64,000 bases of DNA. It comes from Neocallimastix sp. 'constans' (Eukaryota). Both the position numbers and the translations under genes were made by a program. The notes beneath the pieces are model-generated. The model was given only the letters and a program-made list of their open reading frames with translations, was not told the origin of the DNA and did not search any database. The stretch lies in contig JBODTK010000123.1 of the NCBI GenBank assembly GCA_050613775.1, forward strand, positions 1 through 64,000, in the 5' to 3' direction. Shown here piece after piece: positions 14,820-26,025 of this stretch (the first letter of the stretch is position 1; each line of letters opens with the position of its first letter).

Positions 14820-15299
14820 ATCAATAATTTCTTTGAAAGATTTATAAAAAATATTTATTTATGTTAATAAAAGTTGAATTATTAGTATATAATTATTGTA
14901 AACACAATAACCTTACAAAGAATATAAAAGATTTTTTTTTACATCTTTCTTTTCTACTTTGTAAGTTACATAATAATAGTATTTAATTATAAGATATTAA
15001 TAATATAGTAATATGAATAAATATTAAGATAATAACGATATCTATATGCTTAAAATATTTAATATAACTAAATAAATTTAATTTGTAATTATATAATTAA
15101 TTTGAATGATTAAAAAAGTTAATATATATGATGTAAAAATATATATAAACATAACATAAATAAATACATGTGACGTCATATGTAGATAATTGAAATTATT
15201 AATATAAATCTTATTTACTAATATTTTCAGAGTTATTAGGCCTAAGATAATTCTTTAAATATTAAATAAGAGAAGGGGTTAAGTCCTTAATAATTTTAT

Positions 15300-16170
15300 T
15301 ATTAGTATTAGTATCAGGTAATAAAAAAAAATTCATCCATAAATGGATGAAAACCATAATTAATAAAGAAGGGTGTTTCTTTTGTAGATTCATTAATGGA
15401 GTTATTATAAACTAATTCAATAAGGTAAATCCATTCAACCCAATCATCATGATAATATGATCTTGAGTAAGCTCTTAAATATTATTCAATAAAAGAATTA
15501 CATCTTTCAACTTGACCAACTGTTTCATGATGGTCAGTTATAGCGATTTTTGATTTAATGTTTAAATATTCCATTACTTCTTCCCAAAGAGCACTTGTAA
15601 ATTGAGATCCTCTATCTGTATACATATCACAAGGCAATCCATGTAATACTTAGAGAAGTGATCGACAACTACCATAATAACGGTGTATCCTTTAGAATAT
15701 GGAAGACCACATATGAAATCAATTTCGATAGACTTCCAAAGTCTATCAGGAGTATCTAAAGGTTGTAAAAGACCATACTTTCTATGTCTATTATCTTTGT
15801 TTCTTGCACAAGATTCACAAGAATTAACATAACTCTTAACATCTTCTTGTATTTTTGGCCACCAAAAGTTTCTTGTAATAAGTTCTAAAGTTCTTCTTAT
15901 ACCAAGATGTCCAGAAGTGGGTTTTTCGTGATATTTTTCTAAAATTTCTAATCTAAGTGATTGAGGAATATAAATTAAATTGTTATAAAATAATATTATC
16001 TTTTATTTTAAATCTTTCCATTTTCCTAAATGGTTTATAAGCATAATCATTTTTAACATTGTTCTCACTAAAGTATAATCTAATATCTTCAGCATAGCAT
16101 CTTCTTTAATAGCATCACTCATAATTCCTACAAAACATGGAACTTCTTTTACATTTTTAATGGATATAAT
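15300..16170 (-). mobile_element. Ty3/gypsy (Tf2-like) integrase remnant
   Basis: HEKPTSGHLGIRRTLELITRNFWWP..CESC (HHCC zinc finger), LLQPL, IDFICGLP, TDRGSQFTS, GQVERCN, YNNS..TPF..YGFHP. Contains stops and a deletion. Confidence 0.92.
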
Positions 16171-16259
16171 GTTCATTTAAACCCAAAGGTAGTGATCATC
16201 AATTACAAATCTAAAACTTCTTGATTAGTGATTCCTAAATGGTAGCTCTGGTAGTTCTT

Positions 16260-16420
16260 AAACAACCCACTCGGTAGCTTTAAGACTAATTCAATTCAGT
16301 AGCTTTTAAAACTAATTCCACTCGGTAGCTTTTAAGACTAATTCAACTCAGTTTTAATAGCTACTGAGTTGAATTAGTCTTAATAGCTACTAATTCTACT
16401 CGGTTACTTTTAAGACTCTA
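16260..16420. repeat. About 25-bp tandem units with one inverted unit forming a 21-bp perfect hairpin
   Basis: ACTCGGTAGCTTTTAAGACTAATTC-like units. Stem 16332-16352 pairs with 16363-16383. Confidence 0.8.
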
Positions 16421-16469
16421 TACTGGCAGTAGACCGAAAAAAATCTTCGGCTAGTAGATACAAAGTTAT

Positions 16470-17159
16470 TGTAAAGAGAACACCAAAATAGATTACAATA
16501 ACAATAAGAATTTAATTTATTAAAATTTTTTATTAAAAATATTTTTTCTTAATATTATATATTTATTAATAGTTAATAACAATTACCTCGAAAAAAAATG
16601 TGAAAAGTATCTTCTATTTATACTTTTCCTAAATACATTGATAATATATTATTTTATTTAAATTACATATATTTTAATATAAAACTATCCTAATGAATTT
16701 TATTAAATAATAAATTTATAAACTATAGCTAAATTTAAAAAAATATAATTATTAATTAAACTAAATACTAAATAATTTAAATTAAGAGCATTTATTATCT
16801 ATTTATTATTTTAATATTATAAGTAAAATCTTTATTTATTTTCAATTTAAAAGCAATGTTAAAAAAGTCATGATTAAATTTTGAAACTTAATTTTCACAA
16901 AATAAATTATTAATTTATTTTGTTTTAAACTTTAATCAATTCATTTAAATTATTGTAAAACAATAATTTTCTCAGAATTAATTTTTTACGAAAATTGTCA
17001 CATTTGTCTTGGGGCTTAAGGAATATAATTCAAAAATTTAGTTCATATGATTTATTTACTTTATTTATTATTAAATAAATCAAAGAATAATTTACATTTT
17101 TGAATTACACAAGAAAAATTTTTAATTTAAAACGTGATTGGGATAATCACATCTTTACA
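16470..17159 (+). mobile_element. Solo LTR, copy 3 (opposite orientation), flanks not duplicated
   Basis: TGTAAAG...CACATCTTTACA. Flanks GTTAT and CTATC do not match. Confidence 0.85.
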
Positions 17160-18912
17160 CTATCCAATTTAATACCCTGTGACACCTTATACCTTAATTT
17201 TGGAGCAGCATCCATTAACTGTCCAAAAGTAATATTGCAATGGGCAGAATTTAAATATTTAAGAATATCATATTCTTCTTCCCCCGATTGCATTTTAATT
17301 TTCCTAGATACCCTAGAACTTTTATTTTCTTCTTGAGTATCTTTATCTTTACTATTTAACACCTTTGTTAACTCAATCACTTTATTTTTTCTTTCATAGA
17401 ATTTTTATTATTATCATTATTTTCTTTCATTAAATTTTTATTCTTTTCTTTATCACTATTTACATTATTTTTAATAACTTCATCATTCATTAATGAATTA
17501 TTATTAGTATTATCATTACTATTATTATTACTAATTTTATTATTATTAGTATTACTATTACTAGCTCTTTCATTATCACGAATTTGTCTTTCAATCTCTT
17601 TTTCTTTTTTAATTCGTGGTTGAGCTAGAATAGATAGTTTAATTTGTTTTACAATCTTATTACTTATATTATTTTCCTTTATTCCTCGTTCTTTCTGTTT
17701 TCGTAATGCATGAGTTATTATAGGTTTAGGATTCTCCTTTAGTGATTTATGAATCCTTTTCTCCGCACTACCTTCATCATCATAAATTTTACGTTTAGAT
17801 GCTCCTACTAAATAATCAACTTTCTTTTTGGTAACCACCCTTTTATTAGAAGGAGTTTCTTCAACATTAGACGAGAATTTTTATTTTCTTTTGATATTTA
17901 ATTGAAGCCGCTTTATTAAGTATGGGAGAGCTTCTTATCCCATTACTCAATTTAAACGTTTATTGTTTCTAATTTCCTTTCTATTTTTCTCAACAGTTGC
18001 TCTCAGCTTTGGACAATTGCTTTGATAATGACCAGGTTCTATACAGAAATAACAAGCCTTAATTGTCAAATTTCTCATTTTTCTTGTTAATTCCTCTATG
18101 TCATTATCTTTAGGTTTAATATTAACTTTTTGCTCTAACTTATTTCTTATTTCTTATAGGAGGATGAAAATTAATTTTATTATTAAAAGAAGAAGTATTT
18201 GCAGAAGGTGAAGGGGTAGAAGAATGTCTTCTTTGATTACTACCCATATAATTTAATCTATCTGCTTTTTCAGCAATTTTAAAGGCTTTTGACAGAGGAA
18301 TGTCATCAAATAAGGTTAGACGTTTCCAGGCTTCAACATTGTTTTCAATGGAGTCTGTGTAGTCTAAAACACTTATCTGACTTCTTTTCTTTTTGTTTAA
18401 CTTTAAATATAAAGTTTTATATTTAATATTAAAATCTTTAATTCTTTCATTCCTCTTAATTCTAAGAGTATGTAGCTCTCTTAATAAATTATTTTGATAT
18501 TCCCCAATACCATAAAAGTCTTCTACAGCTTTTACAATTCGAATAAGGGAAGGATAAGCCTTATTCTTTTTATCATTTTCCTTAACTTCTTCATTATCAT
18601 CATATCCTCATCTTTATCATCAATATCATTATAATTATCATCATCACTATCATCACTATCATCACTATCATCACTATCATCACTATCATCATCTTAATCA
18701 TTATCATCTATTAATTCTTGGATGGCCTTCCTGGTTTCACCAACTGAGGTTAAAGCACAGGCATAGAATATAATCTTGGAGTCTTCAATACGTTCAAGCT
18801 TTATCCAAAGCTCTAAATCAGACTTCCAAGTTTTAACATCTAAATTTTCTTTGGATATTTTCTCAATATCCTTAAGTTCCTTTTTTAAATCTTTAAAATT
18901 AATTGTACTCAC
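17160..18912 (-). mobile_element. Ty3/gypsy gag and pre-protease region, decayed and truncated by a solo LTR
   Basis: Gag N-terminus (WKSDLELWIKL), acidic D/S linker, zinc knuckle CYFCIEPGHYQSNC (~18010-18056), and YDILKYL..NITFGQLMDAAPKLR, typical of the region before gypsy proteases. Confidence 0.82.
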
Positions 18913-19619
18913 TTTAAAAGTACACTTTTAAAAATAAAATTAGGGGGTTTAGGGGTTATCCCTAACCCCTAGAATATTTACCTTAAAAGTTTTTATTATT
19001 TTTATTTATTTAATATTATTAAAATATTTTAGTTTAAAATTATTTGATTGTTTAAATTATAAGAATTTAATTCATAAAAATTTTAATTGAAAAAAATATA
19101 AATATCTCAAAAATTTTCATGTAAATTGATAAATCGTGTTTTTATTAAAAAATTAATAATTAATAAATTATTATTTAACACCAACCTTTTGATTCAAAGA
19201 TTTGTGTTTAATAAGATTTATTTTATTAGGTTAATTTAAATTCTTGTTTCTTATCGTTAAGCACAGCTTTACAATAGTGTATTTAAATTTGCTATATACA
19301 CCCGTACTCCCCTTCCTGGACACTAGAATAAATATAAATTAATAAACTAATTGGAGTGTTCACTATTCTTTCAAGCTATTAACCCCCTTCGTTTATCTTT
19401 AAAAAAATATATATACAATTATTTAAAAGAAAATTTATTTATAGCAATTAAAAATATTTAAAAACACAAAAATTATTATTTTTTTTTTATTTATTTGTTA
19501 TCGGTTATTATTACACGATTCACAATTACAATTACAATTATTAAGTTTATATAATTACAACTTAAAAAAAACAAATAAACTTCATCAAAAACAAGGTAAA
19601 TTAACAAACCTAATACAAC

Positions 19620-19930
19620 TTGAAAAACCACTCTCTATTACAACTGCCAACAACATAGAGAGACCTTAGTATTTCGGTATACTAAGTTAATTTGCCTGAG
19701 TCAAGTGGAGGAGCACCCAAACCGTGTTGAACGTATAATGGGTGATCTATAGGGTAATTTCCGCTTCCCAACAGTATTTACCGCTATATCTAATCGGGGT
19801 TCGATTAGTTAGTAACCGGCCCCTCTCCAAACACCTGATTAAACCACTCGCAATTATAGAATTATCTATAACTGCTTAGTACGCGGTACACTCAGTTTAA
19901 AGTTTTATTTGGAGCACACGAAGACCAAAC
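19620..19930 (-). ncRNA. Candidate highly structured RNA element in the gypsy 5' leader
   Basis: GC-rich island with at least five stems (CTTAGTAT/ATACTAAG, CTAATCG/CGATTAG, CTCTCTA/TAGAGAG, GCAGTTATAGA/TCTATAATTGC with a G-U on the minus strand, long-range CTGAGT/ACTCAG). No ORF. Confidence 0.45.
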
Positions 19931-20141
19931 AACAACAACAGCAACCACAACACACCAAAAACCGATAACAATAAGAAAATAAATTATGATGATGATAAAA
20001 GTGTGAAAATATTTTTTTTTTATAAATTTAATTTAAATCAATTTAATTTATAAAAATTTTTTTTTAATGGTTCCAGTAGTTCTAGTAGTTCTCGTAGCTT
20101 CCAAAGTTCCAGTAGCCCTAATTTCTTCTTCTTCTTCGTCT

Positions 20142-20159
20142 TCCCCGATATCTCCACCA
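20142..20159 (-). promoter_or_regulatory. Retrotransposon primer-binding site complementary to a tRNA-Ala-like 3' end
   Basis: Minus strand TGGTGGAGATATCGGGGA is complementary to ..UCCCCGAUAUCUCCACCA, resembling eukaryotic tRNA-Ala acceptor ends. It lies between the LTR and gag. Confidence 0.75.
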
Positions 20160-20163
20160 ATTT

Positions 20164-21126
20164 TGGTAGACTCGGGGTGAGACTCAATTATTTAAAAATC
20201 AAGCAAGGGGATGGGAATTACCCTGCTTTGATTTACAAATTTAATAAAATTTCTTTTTTTATAAAACTTATTATTTTATTAATATTTAATATTTACTTGA
20301 AATTACATATGTATATTTTAAAAATTCTTTGTGATATTTATATTTTTTTTTTTAATTTAACTATAATTATTTGTTTATAATTTAAATAATTTTATAGAAT
20401 TATTGAATTAATTTTATATCAATAATTCATTTTTGTTTTAATTTTTATAAATATAGTAATATAATATTTAAATATAATTTAATTAGAAATGATTATGAAA
20501 TAAATATATAGAAAATAGTTTTTACTATTTTCTTTAATATTTTTAAGTTAAATAAAATGTTTTTAAAGATTAATATAATAAATTTAATAATCTTTAATTA
20601 TTTTAAATAATATTTGTAATTATTTTCAAATAAAATAAAATTTTTATAATATTTAATTATTTAATAGTAAATTTGATAATATTTAAATAATTAATTTTTA
20701 TAATAATTAATAATTTTTAATAATAATTTTTAATAATAAATTTTAATAATAAATTTTATAATATTTAATAGTTGTAATAAAAAAATTTTTATAATAATAT
20801 TTAATTAATAATTTAATAATAAATAAATTTTATAATAATATTTAATAATTTTAATAATTTTATAATATTAATAGTTTATAATAAATTTTATAATAATATT
20901 TAATAATTTTAATAATTTATAGTATCTTAAAAGTATATAATTTTATATTTACAATAGTATTTTAATATACACATATATTTAATAATATAACAATAAAGTA
21001 ATTAATTAAGATTGATTTAAAATTATTTACAAGTTAAAATTAATTTATATCAAAATAAATTAATTTTTATAATTAGGTTTAGGTTATCAAGAATATAGGA
21101 AAGTACAATTTAGTAAAGAATTATTA
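20164..21126 (-). mobile_element. 5' LTR (family A) of the gypsy element, truncated
   Basis: Abuts the PBS. Its distal part matches 10620-10920 and 14505-14650. Confidence 0.6.
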
Positions 21127-24100
21127 ATAATATTTTATACAAAATAAAGGTTATTAATTCATTCTTTACCATTAATTTAAGAAATATTATTACTGGTATA
21201 GTTGTTAGTAACTAATACCATGAATCAAACTACTTAGGGTTTGATTCACACTTATAATTTTATAATTTTATTATAAAAAAATCTAGAGATTTCTTTAAAG
21301 TTCAAGAAATTGTTAGAATTTCTTGATAATTCTTGTGTCTAATTAATTAAACTTTATTATATTATATTCTTAATTCTATTGTTTTCTATTTATTCTTAAT
21401 TTTTCGATTTTGAAGAACTTTTTAGAAACTTTTTTTTATTTTTTAATAACTTAAACTTTTGAAAAAAAATATAAATATGAGTAAAATTCTTAATAAAAGA
21501 TATTCTTTTCTTTGTGTTTTTTATTTTAATTTCTTAGTTAATAAAACTTAATTTCTTTAATAAAAGTTTTTTAAATATTAATACTATATCAACCCTTGCG
21601 GCTTATAGTATTATAAAATATAATAATGAAATTTAAAAAAAAAAATAAATTAAAATAAAATAAAATATAATAAAAATAATTTGTATTTCGGTGCTTTTTA
21701 TATTTATTATAATATTTTGTTACACAAATGGTAATAAATAACATACCAAATTAGGTAGTTTTCGCTTCTGGTAAGTTTGTCAATGAAGAAGTTAGTAGTC
21801 ATTTTAAAATAAGACTCTTATTCTTTTAAATATAAGGTTTTATTAATAAAGTTATTTATAAGTAAATTTAAATAGGGATAATACAAAAGCTGAAGACATA
21901 GTACAAGAAAAATTGCAAAATAGTTAATATGAATAGGTGTTGATCTTTGTGAGTTATGTGAAGCAAGTTGTCCTAATGATAGGTTGGTAACAATATATAG
22001 ACAAGGAAGATTAATAAATGAATAAGAGGATCAAGGATATAATATATTGGTTTTGATGGTTATGATTTAGAGGTAGAAGCAGGGTTAGTGAAATTGAATA
22101 TTTTCAGTATAACTTATAATAATATATTGCTCCACTGGAACACAAACGAATCAATTTAACTATATAGTAGTAACTAGTACTGCTACTAGTATAACCTTCA
22201 ATAGTGGTAAAAATAGTAACAATTCACAAGTTCAATCGAAAAAATTATTTATAAGAGTTAGTCGAGAAAAAACTTTAGTTAGCGACTACTGATTAGGTTA
22301 CTACTAATAATATAATATAGTTTATATATTAGATGATTACAATAATAGAATAGCATTGATTACAATAAATGAAAAAAATAAGACTGATGTAAATTCTATT
22401 TAGTTGTATATAGATTTAATAACAATTTTACCAAGGTTTGTGAATATATTAAATGAACCATATGTGTTCCATTATTCTATTTTCTAATCCTTTGATAAAT
22501 CCTAATCTTTTAATTAATTTTAATGTATAATTGTAATAAAAATGTAATTATAAATGTATGTAAATGTAAATATAATAAAATGTAATTATAGAAAATTGTA
22601 ATTTGATATTGTAATAACATCAAATCGATAAATTAAATAAATGAATGAATTGAAATTAAAACTAATCAAAATAAAATTCAATATAAACAAACAATTAAAA
22701 TTTGTACCTATCAAGAGTTTCGAAATTAAATATATATTAAATTATTAAATAAATAAAATAAGAAGTATAAATAAAGTTCAATTAATCATTATTATTACTA
22801 CAATTAAACGAAATAATAATAATATTATTAAAAATAGTTTTTAAAATTTGTAGAAACTGTAAAGTTATATTTAGGATGCAAATACAACAAAAGGTGAATA
22901 CAATAAATATTATACAAAGTGTAATATTGTCTATGAAAAAATTGAAGGTATTAAGTGTAAATTGGCTATCGCTAGATATGATAAAAAAAAAAAAAGAAGA
23001 AAAACTCTTTGAGTTGATTCCATGTATAGATTTGACTGAAAATTATACAAAAAATAGTTAAAAATATTAATAGTGATGATGATGATTGTATAATATTAAT
23101 AATTAATTAATAAATATAATGTATACGTAAAAAAGTATCCAATACATTGTTTTGTATCATTTAAATTAATAATATATTAGAATATCCTCAAAATACAGTA
23201 TATTTAAATTAAGAAACCATTTCCCATATACCTAGTATTTGGTAATGACCTGCCGAGTTTATCTATGAAAATAACTTAAGGGTTATCATAAATATAAAAA
23301 CACAATGTAATATTTACTAAAATTAATTTTATATATTTAAATTTTAAATATTTAAAAATTTATAACAATATTATTTAAAAATAATTAAAATAAAACTCAT
23401 TTAATTATAAAATTTAAATTTGAAAACTATTTAAATAATTATAGATACATAAACAAAACAATTTATTTTTATTCTAATACTAAATCATACTAGTTAACCA
23501 GTTTTTGTTTATTTAATATTACTTATTTTAATAATTAATATATAAAGTTAATTTAAAAATACATGAAATATATAAATTAATAATTAGTTTATCATTTGAA
23601 ATTTTAATTAAAAAATACTTTCAAGTATAATACTATTGATAAAGCGTTATGTTCATAAGTCCAAGATCTCATTTTTGTTTGAATATAACCAATTATGAAT
23701 ACAAATTTTTTAAAAAAAAATGTTAATTATAAAAAAATTTACTTTTTATTAATACGCTTACTTGTAATTTTTTATTTAATAATTTCGTTTTCTTTAATAG
23801 AGTATTGTCATTGTTTATTATGAAATTAAAAAATCATAAAATGGCTTTTTATTAAAATTTCTATCAAAATAATTTAAATAAAAAAGAATAAAGTCAGCGA
23901 ATGTACTGGTTTCTTGCTTTTCCATTACATTTGATATTCCACTTTTCTGTATTCTTTCTTATCTAAATATTTCAAATGAAAACTTGGTATTTCTATTTTA
24001 TTTATTTCATTAATAATATGGTTGAATTTTCTTTTTGAAATACCTGTTTTATTTTTGTATAAATACTTTTCACCAATTGATATATTTAAATTCAAAATTG

Positions 24101-24669
24101 CAAAGTCTTAATTTTAAAATTTTTTAAATCCATTTTTAAAAAAATAATTTTTTCATTGTTAATAAATTTTCTTCTCTTAGTATTTCTAAAAATATGTTTA
24201 GAAGCGCCTTTGTTAATTAAAATTTCAATAATTTGAAAATCAGAACTAATGATATTAGAAATGTCGATTTTATGTAATTATTTGTATCTAATTTTTTTAA
24301 ATTATTTTGATGATTTATATAATTTGTTTCTTATCACTTATAAATAATATAAATCATTAAATTATATAATTTAAAATTCTATAATTACAATTATGTTTAA
24401 TTACTCTTTGGATATTGTGAGATTAATCTATAAGTAAATCAAAACTGGTATTACATTATAAATAGGAGTTTCTATACTATTAATAAAATATTTTAATTCA
24501 TTAATATTATTCCTTATAAATAATTCTAAAACTTTTTTTCTTTTTGTAAGGATATTTACGACTTATATTCTTTTTTTAATATTTAAAAAATATTACTATT
24601 ACTTAATAAATAGCTATAATTAGTTGTTAACAGTTAATCAATATGATATTACAATTAATTTAATGTAAA

Positions 24670-25020
24670 GTAGTTATACTTGAGCTTCTGCGGTTGGTGC
24701 ATTTAAAATAATGAAAATGATTTCTTTTATGGAATATGATGGTTTTTGGATTGTTAATATCTATAATTTATTACGAAAAAATTAATTATATGTTAATATA
24801 GATGATCAATTTAGAATTACTTCTGTTAAAGTCAATCCAGTTTCATAGAATACATTTAATAAACAATTAGCTTTAAATACAGATGATTTAATGAAATATA
24901 TATCAACTGTACAATCTGCTTATTCACCTCCTAATGACATATATATATATATGCCAAATAATAAAGTAGGTGATGACTGCTGACTCTACAACACCTAGAA
25001 CTACTTATGAACTTAAGTAA
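24670..25020 (+). pseudogene. Decayed ssDNA-virus capsid-like remnant convergent with Rep
   Basis: 24786-24845 reads LYVNIDDQFRITSVKVNPVS, resembling the Y-x-x-F/Y-R-I-x-x-V-K-V strand of CRESS jelly-roll capsids. Then DDLMKYISTVQSAYSP. A stop at 25018-20 overlaps the Rep end. Confidence 0.5.
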
Positions 25021-26025
25021 AAAGAATAAAACCCTTAAAATTAATCAAACTGAATGAGATTTTAGTTTTTAGATTCCTGAGCAACTTCATGAAAGGTAAA
25101 ATACTATAGCCAACTGGAAGACCACCAATGTGAACTCTTGCTGGAGGATATAGATCTACTAATGTTATTCTACGTTCCCATTGTTCTCTTCTTTCAAAAT
25201 CTTCCACATTTCTATAGAATTTAATTTTTGTACTAAAGTGACGATAATTAATTTATAATTATTCTTAGCTTCTGTTCCTTTAATATTTAAATTATGAACA
25301 CAATAATCGATTACGCTAATGAATTCTTCAGGCTTCATTACCCCAGCACGAAAATCATTGAAAACAGCAACTTCACTTGAATATTCAATATTAACTCCAG
25401 AATAGAAAGAACCGTCATATTTCAATTCGAAGAACATTTCATTTTCATCCTCAACACCTTTATCAACATACCAATCTTTAATAATTTCTTCAGCATTATT
25501 GGATTTTCTAATAGCGGAAGGACCTTGAATATAATATAGTTTAACATTTTTCCTCCAATTTCCTAATGACAAGCGCTTTGATTTTTCACCTTTAATTTTA
25601 TTGTATGTGTTATAAAGCTGAGCAGGAAGTTCATCAGGATTATCTAATTCTGTTAACCCACCTACAGACCAAACACCACCTTTAAGTTTAGCTTCACCAA
25701 TTTCATCTATCAAAACAGATTCAATACCTTCTTCCCTGTGTTTAGGATCCTCTGCTTTAACATAATTAATGTTTTGCTGAGCTGAGCCGAAACATTTTTC
25801 AACGTGGCATCCATAAAGTCTAGCAACCCTGAGTTTTTTTGTATTATTATAATGTACAAAAATGGGATAGTGTTTATGAGGCTGACCAACATGTTCGCAG
25901 CAAAGTAAATACTGAAATTGACTTATATTTGTTAAATAAGGTATAATGTCTTGATAATATTCAAGACTAGCTTCATTAACAGTTAATAAAAAATTTCTAC
26001 CTTTAAAATTAGCATGGTTGACCAT
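25013..26025 (-). pseudogene. rep: Endogenous CRESS-DNA virus/plasmid replication initiator (HUH endonuclease + SF3 helicase), frameshifted near 25200
   Basis: Motif I FLLTVN; motif II HKHYPIFV (degenerate HxH); motif III YVKA; Walker A GPSAIRKS (degenerate); Walker B VFNDF; motif C IIVT; Arg finger QWERRI in the overlapping ORF. Intronless. Confidence 0.9.
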
